64,000 bases of DNA from Paecilomyces variotii (taxonomy: Eukaryota). Positions 47,506 to 59,913 of the stretch are shown piece after piece. Both the position numbers and the translations under genes were made by a program. Below the pieces are notes generated by a model. It searched no databases, was not told the DNA's origin, and saw only the letters and a program-made list of their open reading frames with translations. The stretch is taken from assembly GCA_004022145.1 (NCBI GenBank), contig RCNU01000010.1; one strand, given 5' to 3'. The first letter of the stretch is position 1; every line of letters starts with the position of its first letter.

Positions 47506-49412
47506 CTATCGGACAATGTACTTCTTCAGGCCCCTCAACCGCTCCTTTGCCAACTCTAGAACGTCGTCATTCTTGCACACCGCGAAACGGAGGTAATCCT
47601 CAGCAATGTGTGCGTTCTCGTCGGTGTAGAATTCCGTTGGCGGGATAGCAGCAACGCCAACCTCCTTGATCAAAAACCAGGCCAGCTTGAAGTCACGCGG
47701 TCTGTTAGCTACGTGAGGAGGGAATGGGTAGTTTTCGGGCAGCTTGACTGCGGACATGTTGGCCAGGACGAAGTAACCACCTTCGGGATCGGAGTACTAG
47801 AGTGGAATCGATGAGGTCAGTCTATCCGTGACAACAGCGAGATGTAAATAGACGGATTGAATAACTACATACCGGAAGGCCAAGCTCATCGAAGATCTCG
47901 CAGAACTTGTCCATCTTCTGCCTCATTTCTTTCCGACTCTGGTCCCAGAATCCGACCTTATCGGCTTGCTCAAATGCCACAGCCGAGGCTTCTTGAAGAG
48001 GAGACACACTGCTGTAGCATATCCGCGTGTGTGCAGCGGCTACATACTTGATCAGATGCTCTGGTCCGATGAGGTACCCAACGCGCCAGCCGGTAGCATA
48101 GAAGGCCTTGCCCGCGGAACCAACGGTGAGGGTTCGCTCGTAGAGTTCCGGTGACAGGGTCGCAATCCTAGTGAATGGTGTGTAGTAAAGACGGTCGTAG
48201 ACCTCATCAGATAGGATAATGATGTTGTGCTTCACGGCAAGCGCACCAATGCGCTCAAGCTCCTCACGTGAGAAGACCTTCCCAACTGGGTTGTGACTAC
48301 GGCTTTATCAGTAACCTCTCTCTCATCCAAAGGGACAGTAAGATGGTGTGCTATAGCTTACGGTGAGTTGAGAACCTACAGACAGTTAGATCATATCCAA
48401 AAAGCAAGCTTTGCAGGAGGACGCTTACAATCATTCTTGTCTTCGAGTTGATCGTCCGCTCCAGTTCATCGAAGTCAATTTTCCACTCAGCAGCGGAAGA
48501 GGTCTTGACCGCCCCATCCTTCGGTGGGTGAAGGGGGACATATCGAATCTTGCCTCCGGGCATCTCAATGTTGCTTATATATCTGAATTCAAAGTCAGTT
48601 TCCACCGTATTACCATTTGATAGCCGGTGCGCAAAACGTACTGGTCGAAGAAGGGCTCGAAGATGATAACCTCATCACCGGGTTCAATGAAGCCCATAAA
48701 AGCACTCAGCATTCCTAAGCCAACCACTTAGTTCAGTGCCATCACATTATGCAGGTTGTCGGTCCAACCTTCGTTTGCACCCGTCGTGATCGTGACCTCG
48801 GTTTCCGGGTTGAGCTGGCGACCAAAAGAAGCCGAGTATGCATCTGCAATTGCCTTCTTCAAGCGTGGTCGACCCTGGATGATTGCGAGATTGTGAGTCA
48901 AGATACAACATGCTAGGCTCAGGGACGCAATCATCCGGTACCTTTGTGGGAGAATATTGGTTGCACTCCACCCGGTCGAGGGCCTCTTTGGCGGCGTCCA
49001 ACGCGAACTGGGGAGGGTTGTAGCCACTTTTTAAGTGTTCTGTCAGCTCCTCTCCGGGCCATTGGCACATGGAAGTTGCATACTTACAAAAATCCTTGTC
49101 CCATATTCACAATAGGCTGTACAGGGGATGCTGCCGCTGCTTCGTTGACGATGGACCTGGAATGGTTCAGCAACTCGTCCTTATCCGACCCGCGCATAAG
49201 ATATCCACGCACCAAACATCCTGTCTCTGGCCAGCGACTCTCCTGGCCGGACGGAAAGGGTCCTGTCGCGCTGACGTTACGGACATTGTTCTAACACAGA
49301 CAGCGGGTACGCGGGGGAGCGTCGATCGGGTGATGGAGACTGCGGGGATCTGTAAAGGAGGTGTTCGCAGGCTTGTGAGTACGGATTGGAAGCAACGAGA
49401 GGCGGCAGTCAT
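47506..49412 (-). CDS. BNA3: Kynurenine aminotransferase / class I PLP aminotransferase, about 9 exons
   Basis: NMGQGFFGYNPP, NQYSPTKGRPRL, ITTGANEG, EPFFDQY, LNSPHNPVGK, SDEVYD, GSAGKAFYATGWRVG (PLP lysine) and YLRFAVCK. Eight introns traced. Confidence 0.9.
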
Positions 49413-49579
49413 ATGGGAGGATATAAATGAGGGACTGGAGTAACAATAACGCGCTGCATTACTCAACTGACGAGTGACAGCGGAAGGAGAAAGATATGAT
49501 ATGGCCTCTGTCCTACAGAGATAGCAATTATTACCGCGGGGAACAATTGCGTGCTCGGCGACTTCCGCTCTCCATAACC

Positions 49580-49600
49580 AGACTAGACTAGACTAGACTA
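49580..49600. repeat. (GACTA)4 microsatellite
   Basis: agactagactagactagacta is directly visible. Confidence 0.8.
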
Positions 49601-49739
49601 ACTTAAGAATTAATTCCGTTCTCCGATGCTTCTCCGAAATTCGTCTTGTATGCCTTGTTTCTGCCTCGGAAACAAGGCACCTCAAGGGCCTCAATAATTA
49701 AGTCATCACTGAATTATGCTCTGCGCGTCGCGAGCCAGC

Positions 49740-49745
49740 ACGCGT
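49740..49745. promoter_or_regulatory. MCB element (ACGCGT) upstream of MGS1
   Basis: Exact MluI box ~130 nt before the ATG, with GCGCGT and TCGCGA next to it. Typical of G1/S and DNA-repair genes. Confidence 0.45.
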
Positions 49746-49873
49746 CTAGAGCTACCTAACCTAACCTATATCTTTACTGTCAAGCTGTCGATCGATTATC
49801 ACTACCCAGTCTCCCAGACCAATCAAGTCATCATAGGCTGCGTATTTTACTTTGGTCTGATGAGCTGGTCGCC

Positions 49874-51475
49874 ATGGTCTCGTGCCCGATATGCGGCAAG
49901 TCGGTCAGAGAAAGCAAGATAAATGACCACATCGACTCGGGATGCAAGAGCTTCGTCGAGGAATCCGGATCGAGCCAAGAAGACCTCTCTTCATCCCAGA
50001 AAACTCCTGTCCCAAGCTTCTTCCAGCCGGTCTCGGTACGGAAAGCTTCGTCAGGCCCAAAGAACCCTCCGTCGACTTCATCTCCCACCACTCTCACACA
50101 AAAGAGATCCCTTGTCCACGACAAAGAAAATGCCGGAGAAGCCAAACGGACCAAACAAGACGATTCCGCTGCCGATGAGGAGGGACGGCAGCTCAAGCGG
50201 CCCAAGGTCAATGCCTTTCAAAAGGCAGCTCCGTTGGCGGAGCGGATGCGTCCGCGTACACTCGATGAGGTCTGTGGGCAAGAGCTGGTCGGTCCCAATG
50301 GCGTCTTGCGAGGGCTCATCGAAGAGGACCGAGTTCCCAGTATGATCCTCTGGGGCGGTGCCGGGACTGGGAAAACAACAATTGCCCGGGTCATTGCCTC
50401 CATGGTCGGAAGTCGCTTCGTCGAGATTAATAGCACCAGCTCTGGAGTGGCGGAGTGCAAAAAGATCTTCTCAGACGCACGCAGCGAACTCGGCCTGACC
50501 GGTCGGAAGACCATCATCTTCTGTGATGAAATCCATCGTTTTTCGAAATCCCAGCAGGATGTGTTCCTGGGTCCCGTCGAGAGTGGCCAGGTAACCCTGA
50601 TCGGTGCGACGACGGAGAATCCATCATTCAAGGTGCAGAATGCCCTGCTTTCAAGGTGCAGGACATTTACTTTGTCCAAGCTCACGGATGACGACATTGT
50701 GTCTATCCTAAACCGCGCATTGAAGGTCGAGGGCCCCAACTATAATCCTTCTGCACTAGTCGATGATGAGTTGATCCGCTATCTGGCTACCTTTGCGGAC
50801 GGTGATGCCAGAACAGCGCTCAACCTGCTCGAGCTTGCTATGGATCTGTCCAAACGGCCTGGGATGACAAAGGAGGAGCTGAAGAAATCTCTGACCAGGA
50901 CCCTGGTCTACGACCGAGCCGGAGATCAACACTATGATACCATTTCTGCCTTTCACAAGTCCATCCGTGGCAGCGATCCAGATGCTGCGCTGTATTATTT
51001 GGCGCGCATGTTGCAGTCAGGCGAGGATCCTCTGTACATTGCCCGGCGGCTCATTGTGGTGGCATCGGAAGATATTGGACTGGCAGACAGCAGCATGCTG
51101 ACGCTGGCAGCCTCGACTCACAGCGCTGTTGAAAAGATCGGACTTCCCGAGGCCCGCATCAATTTGGCCCATGCCACTGTCGCCATGGCGCTGTCGAAGA
51201 AAAGCACTCGGGCGTACCGTGGACTCAACAACGCCCTCGCAGCTCTGCAAGAGCCTGGTATGGCTGGACTGCCCATACCAATTCACTTGCGAAATGCCCC
51301 GACGCGATTGATGAAAGAACTGGGTTATGGCAAAGAATACAAGTACAACCCAAACTACGTGGATGGCCAAGTCGTGCAAGAATATCTTCCTGAAAAGCTG
51401 CGAGGACGGCGGTTTCTGGAGGACCGGGACCTGGGTGACCAGGTCGACCCTGACCTGAAGCGTCCGTCAAGATGA
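49874..51475 (+). CDS. MGS1: DNA-dependent AAA+ ATPase MGS1/WRNIP1/RarA
   Basis: N-terminal UBZ finger (CPIC...INDHIDSGC), PLAERMRP, WGGAGTGKTT, DEIHRF, GATTENPSF, ISAFHKSIRGSD and IPIHLRNAPT. Confidence 0.96.
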   Translation: MVSCPICGKSVRESKINDHIDSGCKSFVEESGSSQEDLSSSQKTPVPSFFQPVSVRKASSGPKNPPSTSSPTTLTQKRSLVHDKENAGEAKRTKQDDSAADEEGRQLKRPKVNAFQKAAPLAERMRPRTLDEVCGQELVGPNGVLRGLIEEDRVPSMILWGGAGTGKTTIARVIASMVGSRFVEINSTSSGVAECKKIFSDARSELGLTGRKTIIFCDEIHRFSKSQQDVFLGPVESGQVTLIGATTENPSFKVQNALLSRCRTFTLSKLTDDDIVSILNRALKVEGPNYNPSALVDDELIRYLATFADGDARTALNLLELAMDLSKRPGMTKEELKKSLTRTLVYDRAGDQHYDTISAFHKSIRGSDPDAALYYLARMLQSGEDPLYIARRLIVVASEDIGLADSSMLTLAASTHSAVEKIGLPEARINLAHATVAMALSKKSTRAYRGLNNALAALQEPGMAGLPIPIHLRNAPTRLMKELGYGKEYKYNPNYVDGQVVQEYLPEKLRGRRFLEDRDLGDQVDPDLKRPSR

Positions 51476-52107
51476 TTTTTGCCATTACCTCGTGCAGAAG
51501 CTATTTCCTCTTCCGGTACCTTCATAGTGACAGTATCCGGAGGACATATCGATGGCCCGGCGAGGTCATCGTATTGATCACGTGCTTCATCTGGACCAGC
51601 CTGCCAGTATACCATTGGCACTTACCAACAACTCGAGCTCTACTCGACTAGCATCTCATCTTCCAGGCTGGACGTATCAGTAGCTCTTGTGTTGTTCCGT
51701 CCGGTTGCAACCAGCCAACCAGCGAGGCGCGCTGAGTGAGGCTCGCAGTCTTTCCTTCTGACTATCCAGCGGAATCTCTGCAAGGGCGCTGGGGACAGTC
51801 TCTTTCGTGAATTCTCTCCTCAGTGCCAACAGCCTCATTGTTCTTCTCTGACGCCAGCCATCGTCACTGATTGAATCGAAAACCACTGTTCGGGATGCGG
51901 GGGAATAAACACCGCTCTGCCATATTTAACACACCGCCCTTGTGACCGCCTTAATCCAGCCAATCGCACGGTGCTTGGCGATCGCACTTGACCAATCCAG
52001 TAAAAGACTAGTCCTGATCGGGCGGCGGCGACCGGACGCTGGGCAGGTTGACTCGAGTTCTGCCTCTTTCGCGTCCAGCACAGCACAGGCTGCTGGTGCT
52101 GGTGGCC

Positions 52108-52170
52108 TCTTTCTCTTCTCTCTCTCTCTCTCTTCTCTCTCTCCTCCCTCTCTGCTGGTATCATATAAAA
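52108..52170 (+). promoter_or_regulatory. CT-rich tract and TATA-like box upstream of the Zn2Cys6 gene
   Basis: (CT)n-rich run followed by TATAAAA at ~52164. Confidence 0.4.
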
Positions 52171-52571
52171 TTGTGCCTCCCGTGTCAGTGTTCTCTTCTC
52201 TCTTTTTTTTGGAGGAAAATATAAAATAAAACGAATAGACGCTGCGTTACTTAGTCTTTCTCTTTTTCTCTTACCATGTCTGTGCCCTAACTCTTTGCCT
52301 GGGGACGGCTTACCTTACCCTCCCCCCTCCCCAGTCACCCATCTGCTCTCACCCAACACGGTGGGAAGTTCAAGTCCTCGTCTACCCTCACTGTCTTCCC
52401 TGCTCTTGGTCATCTATATATACCCCCTCTTGTCGCCTATCTCTTAGTTGCCCGGGACTCTCATCCCAGCCGCATGGTCTCAGCCTTGTCCTTGTGCAAT
52501 GATAGCCTTGTCTCCCCTGCTTTTCGTTTCTGTGGCTGGAGCCTTGCCGCTGTCGTGGGCTGCATGTTACC

Positions 52572-55100
52572 ATGGCCCATAATATGCTTCATGACAACCT
52601 CTCCTGCGGGCCACGGTCCTCCCATTCAAGACTTTTCCGCCGTACTTCCTCGGACTCCGCTGCTTCCCGTCCAGTAAACTCAGCCATACACCACCCATCA
52701 CCAGTTGTGGTTCAGCCTAATCGCGATCAAGTGAGTGCCTTCTCTCTTGTCCATAGGCTGTCCTGCGAGTACTGATCGTAGTTGTGTCCGCAGGGTTTAG
52801 AGTCCTTCCCTATGCCGATGCCTGTCCAGACATCGCCGTATAATCCTCATCGCTATCACAGTTTCCAACCCCACTGCCCCAATGTACAGATTACGCCCGA
52901 CAGATACGTCACATCAACGTTTCAGGGCTATCAGCCTCATGGTTATAGCCCCCAGATGCACATTGAGACTCACAACACACCCGTCTACTATGTTCCCAGG
53001 CCGAATGAGGCACAGACACCTTCTAACTCTGGTCACGTAATAAGCCTGGACACAGGAGACCACGCTCCTGTCTCTTCTTTCCGCGTGAATTATCCTCCTC
53101 ATACGCACTCTTCCACCTTGAACGTCCCTTCGCCAGGTCACCTTGCTGTGAGCCAATGCTCTCCGCACGTCGTGAGCTCGCCGTCAAGTCCAACTACCTT
53201 GTCACCCTGGCCGACTCCAGGTTGGTCTCCACAGTACCAATATGTAGGGCCAGTCCCTGCTCGGGGAACTGGACCCGATTCTTATCCTATAAGGCAAAAC
53301 GACCAGTGTATGCCCTCGATGTCTTATTTAGGTGACGACTCAGTACTGAGAAATTTAGATCCGCCAGGGCTGCGTCACGAGCCTTCTAACGAGTCTTCAC
53401 CTCGGCATCTAACAGTGAATCACGAAGCCCCGCGTTGCTCCCCTGGTCCACGCTTCAGTATTGTGATAGAAGACCCCAAGAGTCCACACGTGCACCGTGA
53501 GAAGCGGGTGCGAACGAAGGAAGATACGGAAAGGCAAAGGGAAGATATCCGACGCCTTAAGGAGCGTGGCGGTGCTTGTGTCTGGTGTTATCTGAACAAG
53601 AAGAAGTGCGACATCAAAAATCCTTGTTCTCCCTGCAGCGTCAATAAGCGGGCTTGTTTCAGAGATGCTACGCAGCTGTGGCTTTATGTACCCCTTTTAG
53701 ACCCTTCCACCAGAAAGAGCTCCGAAATCATCAAGGAGGAAACATTTAAGTCAGCCAACGAAGCCTTTCTGCGCTTGCTAGACATGTCATTGCCTCAGCC
53801 AGGGGCTACGCAAGCAGTGGTAAAGATACGCTGGCACGATCCAAATCCGGTGGATCTCCTCATAGCCGACATTTCGCAGCTATCCTTGGCTGATACTGAA
53901 GTTTCTGACGGGTTGAAAGAGAATCTTATTCAAAAGTCACTGGCTAACATCCAATCACCTACCCTTCAGAATCTAGACTCGGATGCCGTGAATGCACCCT
54001 TGATCCAGTCTGGGATCAAGATGTTGGGACTGCTGGCTGCTCTTGTCACGTTGTCCCGGTCACGGGTCTATGTTCGGCCAGCAGATCTTGGGCCTGCCAG
54101 GATGACGATGTTTTTCATCCTAGCCACCCATGCAAAAGCTCTGTGTGAGACTTCTGAACGCTTTTGTACGGAGCTCTGTGAGACAATGCGTCGTAAATCC
54201 TCGCATGAAAACGCTACTGCTAGATTGCAAGAGCGCGATGGTCAACGTCTTCACAATCCAGTGTGGGTTGCAGCTGCTATTTATCACCGCGTCATAACCG
54301 GCATCTTGGAGTTCGGCCCTAATCCATTGATCTCGGAGATCTTCGTGGGAATGAAGTCTCGCCTGCGCGAGCTGCGTTCTAAAGTAAACCACATTCAGGA
54401 CAGCGTTCCGCAATACCAGGACCATGACAAACTTTCTTCAAAACCAACTTCGATCGAGCCCTCTGCTTGCGTACCCGATGTTCCTGTTTTGGATTACTTT
54501 GAAATCACATTTTGGCTAGAGTCCGAGGGAAAGTTACCAGTCCCTACTGCACTGGACCGACAAAACGAACCTTACAGTGTCCTGTCCGACTACTGGGTGA
54601 ATTCTCTTCTCGATGAAAATTTTGACTTAGACCCGTTTCATCAGAGCGTCTCTGGCGAAGTGCCCGGACCGCGGGCCGTCCATTTTCGACCGACGCTGGA
54701 AGCGACTAACTTGATGCTGCCGAAGCAGGAGACAATGTCGTCCGATCTGACATCATTGTATGAACAACCTGCAAAGCAGAAGCCTACTACAGGCGGTCGT
54801 ACTGACTTTTCCGGTCCCAGCCTTCCAAGTTATGCAGGCGACACAGTTTTAGATAGCGTCTTCAGCGATTTCACTTGGATCGAACAATTCTGTGACAACA
54901 ATGGCCATATATACCACCATAGCGAGAGCGCATTCGATCCCAACGCTTTCTTCGGAAATGAGGATTCTATTAGCGCAAGAAGGGAAGGTATCTTTCCGGA
55001 GCTCCCTTCTGAATCGCCACCTGCTGGAGCGGCCTCAAACAAGGTCAGGTTGTCGCCTGATATGACCGACCCCCGGTTGAATGTCACTTTCACGAGCTGA
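52572..55100 (+). CDS. Zn(II)2Cys6 zinc-cluster transcription factor-like protein
   Basis: CVWCYLNKKKCDIKNPCSPCSVNKRAC fits Cx2Cx6Cx5Cx2Cx6C. Phase-0 intron 52731-52793 links the 52572 ATG exon to the long ORF. Confidence 0.78.
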
Positions 55101-57446
55101 GAGATATTCCTGAAAGTAAGATGATACATGTACCTACTGTACCAACTGCGTTGTGGTGCTCATCTCATCTGAAAGGAAATTGACAAAAGAAAAAAAAAAA
55201 AAAAAAAAGAAAAAAGTTTCATCTTTGAGCTGCCGATGCAGCTTTTTGTGCTTTTCTGTCTTCCTTTCTCGGTTCTGCCTCCTGTTTAAATATTTATACG
55301 GCTAGGCATCGCTGGGAATTGCTTGGTATCTTTTTGCTAGCCTTTCGAGTTTCAGCAGAGGAAAGTCAGGAAGCCATGTGTGTTGTTTGGTTGAGTCGCT
55401 ACCGTTGATACCCCTTGAAGAAGCTCCCTGCGGAAAGAGCTCACAGAGTTGTATATAAAGATACCCCATACCCCTTGTGGATTGATATAATGCAATCGGC
55501 GTTTCTGGACGTGTTGAAGGAGCTTTGGAAGACAAAGGTATTTGGGCTCATGTGTCTTCTATAGATGTCCACAGTGACGAAAGAAACGTTCCCAGTATTT
55601 ATCGTCGATTGTGAGATAATGGCCCAGCAAGGGGAAAGTTGTCGAGGCTCGAGCTGCCAGCCCCGCTTTCTCCCTTCCGCTTCTAAATCATCTTCAAGTG
55701 CCGTGCAAATCAATAATAGATACGCAAGTAAGAAAGCAAAATGGAAAAAGAAACGAAACACTAGCCCGCACCGACTAATCAGATTAGATCTTATACTAGC
55801 GATACGGGGGTCATTTACGTAAGTGTGGAAGATATCCCCCTCACCTTTTTTTTTCTTTTTTGTCCTCGTTGCTTCTTACATGACTTCAGCTGAGAAGGCG
55901 TGTTCTTGCATGAACAAAAAAGGTCATGAGATTCTTTCCCCATGGCTGGAGTTATGGTTGGTGCGGCATATATTGCATCAAAATACCAACGGGCACGCAA
56001 CAGCTGAGGGGGGACTCTCTAGGTAGGAGACTTATCGATTAACTACATTATATTGATAATCTTGGTGCCATTTCATGAGAAAATATGCCCCGTTCCTGGA
56101 GCCTCAGGCAAATATAGTTACGACTACGGGAGAGGATGCTTCAGGAAATAGCGCAGAAGAGACTCGATAATAATAACCTTGATAACTGAACTTTGGTTAC
56201 ATGGCTGATCCTCTAGCAAAGAGGGGGAAAAGACTAAAAAAAAGAAAAAAAGACAGTATGACTTCCGCGTCGAATAGTCTTATGCCAAGTAAACTTATCA
56301 TTAATGCCTAGGAGCTGATTGAGTCTGTGTGTATAAACCCTCAAAAGAAAAGAAAAAAAGAAAGAAAAGAAAGCGTCATCTCGGATATACTTCCCTCGGA
56401 GCTTCGGAGTTAGATGGGTAATTATGGTATTGGTTCTCGATGATGAATGATCCCAGTCTTGATTTACCAGACTAAGAATAAAATATTTCTGTTTATTGAA
56501 ACCTGCATGAGAGGATAATCCCTTGAATCCTTGTTTAGGTCCATTCATCTCGACGAGGATTATGATTATCAAGAGGGGGATTGGAAAAAGTGGTGGCGTT
56601 CGAACGTGGGGTTGGGTTCTATCGAGTAGAAATTGATCGATTGCAAATCCATGCATCACCAATCATAATCATGATGATTCTTGATTACGACTGCTTCAGC
56701 CTCTCAGGATTGTTGTTGTGGTTTGATTCTGACTCCCCACGCGTAGCGTTTGCCTTGGCGAGGTGTTGTCATTTTTTCCTCAGGGATGATGAGATGACCT
56801 ATTGATTCTTCGGTTCTTCTCTCCTTTGGGGGAGATAAGACTTGGTGATGCTCGACTGGTTGGTCTTTTTTTTTTCTTCTCTCTCTTTATCTGACCTTAG
56901 TATGATGTTGAGAGAAAGTATATCGGATGTAAGGTGAGAGATCTGCTCGTCGTCAGAAATGAGAAAAAAAGAAAAGAAAAAACACATGTTTTGCCCCGCC
57001 CAAGTTTCGATTCGAACTGCCCGTGTCGCGACAAGCGCGAAAATTCCACCCTGCAGCTAAGCAGCAGGTCAGTTAAACCACAGTAGATCTGGCGTGTTCC
57101 GGAAAGTATTGATAGCGAAGTGGGTAGGGAGTCTCCCTCAATGGAGGAGGGGAAGAGAGAGAGGAAGGGACAAAAAAAGAACAAGTCAATACCGGCTGGC
57201 CAGCTGGGGGTCTCTGATTTGTAGGGTTAGACATTGATTAACGCCGATTATGACTGTTCATGCATCAACCAGATCCACGATCATGACGCCCAATATCTGA
57301 TAAGATGTGGGACACGGGATGATTGGGAATATTTAATCTGGAATGACCCCGGCTTCCAAAACATAGTCGAAGGGGCCTTGATCTGGTCCAGGTCAGGAAG
57401 TTCGTGGAATTTGTTCATATCCAATACGAACAAAAGCAAAATAAGA

Positions 57447-58799
57447 ATGGCCGCAAGCATGTCATCAAAATCAACTCCATGGACATTCGTTTCCGCCTTC
57501 TACGAGCCTCAGATTCGTCGAGTAACCCTGCATATAGAGATCGAGAAGTGCAACTATACCAATGTCATCGTCGAACCTCATCCAGACTCCAGTCGAGCTG
57601 GCTCTGGCTATCTAGAAGATCGGCTCGTGGAGCTTCACGCGGAGGAGCCGGAGACAGAGTCGGCCAGCTTCGAACGGGACCAGATCATAGAACACATCGT
57701 GGACTTGTGCCGAATGAAATATGGCAGGAGTGCACCTCCATTCGGCAGCGTCATATATGCACTCACATTGGGCGGGATCTTCCAGGTCCGCTCGATGCCA
57801 GATCACCGTCTCGTCCCGGCCTTGAGAAAGCCAACGGAGACGTTCGGGCATGATCTTCCTCTTCCCCCGCTGGTTCCTCGATCAAAGCTCCGGCCAGTAG
57901 CTGGCATCGGGCAGTTTCTCCTCTCGCAGACCCGGCTGGTGGAATACAATGGCAAGCTTCACATTGCCAAAGGACCGCTGTACCCTCATCGGGCGCTGCT
58001 GGACCTGAGCGAGGTCAAGAATCTCATCGCTCTTCCGGCTCGACACCCGAATGTCATGGGTCCACCAACGGCGCTAATAACGCTCGGAGAGACGGACGAT
58101 CGAGTCTGTGGCTTCTTGACCACGTATCATTGCAACGGGAACGTTGAATTCTATGCACGCGCGTTAAGAGAACAGGGCAAACTGTCGCCCAAGTTGCTGT
58201 TCAAGTGGGCTTTACAGCTGGTGGACGCCGTTGCGTTTCTGGCCCGCCACAGGACTTTCCACGGGGATCTGAAACCGGACAACATCGTGGTCACTGATAA
58301 AGAAGATATCGTCCTGATCGACTTCACCCGCCTCTTTACCACTTTCGTCACTGCGAGCCCAGAAATCAGGAAACTTTGCGCCGGGTCTGGGGGCACCAAG
58401 CTCGGTATCCCGGCCCACTGGCCGATGGAGTCGGTACTTCCCTCTGAAGTCTACTCCATCGGCCGCACCCTTTACCTGTTATGTGAAGGCGTCGAGATGG
58501 CCCAAGTCTACCGTGAAATGGGCTGGACCCAAGATGCTCCCTTCCCCACGGAATTCGCCCCGGGCAGTCCCACGCCCCCGGAGCTACAGAAGATCATCTC
58601 CCTCTGTGTCTCCCCAGAACCATGTCAGAGACCTTCGTTAGATGCTCTATCGAAAATGCTACGAACCGCACAGAAGAGACATGCGGTGAAAAAGAGGTTT
58701 TCAAGACCGACTAGTCCGAAATCCCACCAGCATAGTAAGTCAGAGGGTAAAGTTGGTCCTGGAACGTTTTATATGATTAGGTCAAAACTTCTATATTGA
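57447..58799 (+). CDS. Divergent eukaryotic-type protein kinase
   Basis: HIAKG (beta-3 Lys), LSEVKNL (alphaC Glu), HPNV, FHGDLKPDN, LIDF, ASPE and SEVYSIG. First ATG is 57447; the frame is open ~70 codons further upstream. Confidence 0.8.
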   Translation: MAASMSSKSTPWTFVSAFYEPQIRRVTLHIEIEKCNYTNVIVEPHPDSSRAGSGYLEDRLVELHAEEPETESASFERDQIIEHIVDLCRMKYGRSAPPFGSVIYALTLGGIFQVRSMPDHRLVPALRKPTETFGHDLPLPPLVPRSKLRPVAGIGQFLLSQTRLVEYNGKLHIAKGPLYPHRALLDLSEVKNLIALPARHPNVMGPPTALITLGETDDRVCGFLTTYHCNGNVEFYARALREQGKLSPKLLFKWALQLVDAVAFLARHRTFHGDLKPDNIVVTDKEDIVLIDFTRLFTTFVTASPEIRKLCAGSGGTKLGIPAHWPMESVLPSEVYSIGRTLYLLCEGVEMAQVYREMGWTQDAPFPTEFAPGSPTPPELQKIISLCVSPEPCQRPSLDALSKMLRTAQKRHAVKKRFSRPTSPKSHQHSKSEGKVGPGTFYMIRSKLLY

Positions 58800-59136
58800 C
58801 GGGCGTATTATTATATTATTCTGATTAAGTATATATGTTGGTATCATGGGCTTGTATATGTTTATGCATTTCATAGAGTAATGTTCGTTAGGACAGGATC
58901 AATATAGGGAAATAAAGTACCTTTCTTCGATGTGTATGCAGATCTAGGTTAGGAAAATGAGACGAGACCAAGAAAAAAAGTACGTAGATACATCTGTCCA
59001 CCGCTATAGTTACTACTATACGCGATTGATAAGGCTTTGAGGTTCGTAATAGCTGCCTGGGCCAATGGTTCCTCAAGACATGAATATAAAGACTTTATGT
59101 TTCTGTCTGGTCGACGCGCGGTATACCACAGATAAT

Positions 59137-59312
59137 ACGCGGGTGATATGCAGTAGAATATAGCAGTTTATTGTTAAGGTTTTCAAAAAGATGTCTCCAT
59201 AGTTCAGAGGCGTGAACTTGCAGTCACGGTCAGAGATCAATACTATCGACAGTCCCTAATCTCCGAGTTGCATTCGTTCCAGCAGAGCCAAGGCCCATTC
59301 TCTCATGCTCAG
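59137..59312 (-). mobile_element. Ty3/gypsy integrase fragment (second half of core), degenerate
   Basis: EWALALLERMQLGD*GLSIVLISDRDCKF / SELWRHLFENLNNKLLYSTAYHP, with one stop and one frameshift. Confidence 0.8.
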
Positions 59313-59913
59313 CAATGAACGTGATTCGCGGGTTCTTACCATGGATTATCAAAGTTTGCCCTATTGGTGGCCATAGCTAGAACAATATTAGTATGAGCTA
59401 AGTATATGCACGATAGAGTTCAAAGATATGTATTTGCGGTTGTTTGAAATAGCGATGAGAAAGAAACGTAATGGAGAAAGATGAAGATAAAGTGTTTGGA
59501 AAGTATATATAGACTAGTAGCAAGAACATCTCCTTTGACGCGATAGAATAACTGTTGGGCCTTGATGCGCTGTAGCTCTCTGCCACTCAATTAATTCTCT
59601 TCTGTCCGTTCATGATCAATATAAAGAGGTTGAGGCAACAGGATTGTATATTTGATGTGGGGAGTTAATCAGTCATAGTTGTAAGGTTTTTGGGGAGAGT
59701 ATAAGGGATGAACGTTCCGAGACCCCAGCATATAGTCTTCTAATTGCTCACGGGCTTCAATCCAAATTATTGGATCGTCTTCAATGGAGCCGCGCTTGTT
59801 TTTGACGAAAAGAAATTTTGCCAACATATGGTTCCTTAGATTTGTAACGACTATGTTGCATCTATAAGCCTCGTTTTGGTTTGGCCTTGATTGGGCTTCG
59901 AGGCGCATGGTTG

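Noticed and set aside
19629-49412. NRK1, LYS2, hxA and BNA3 as a nitrogen/NAD metabolic cluster
   Set aside because: They belong to different pathways and are interspersed with unrelated genes; ordinary synteny is enough. LYS2 is primary metabolism, not a secondary-metabolite NRPS cluster.
55441-55761. Minus-strand ORF with signal-peptide-like start and KR site
   Set aside because: Starts at GTG, and the hydrophobic stretch derives from a T-rich tract.
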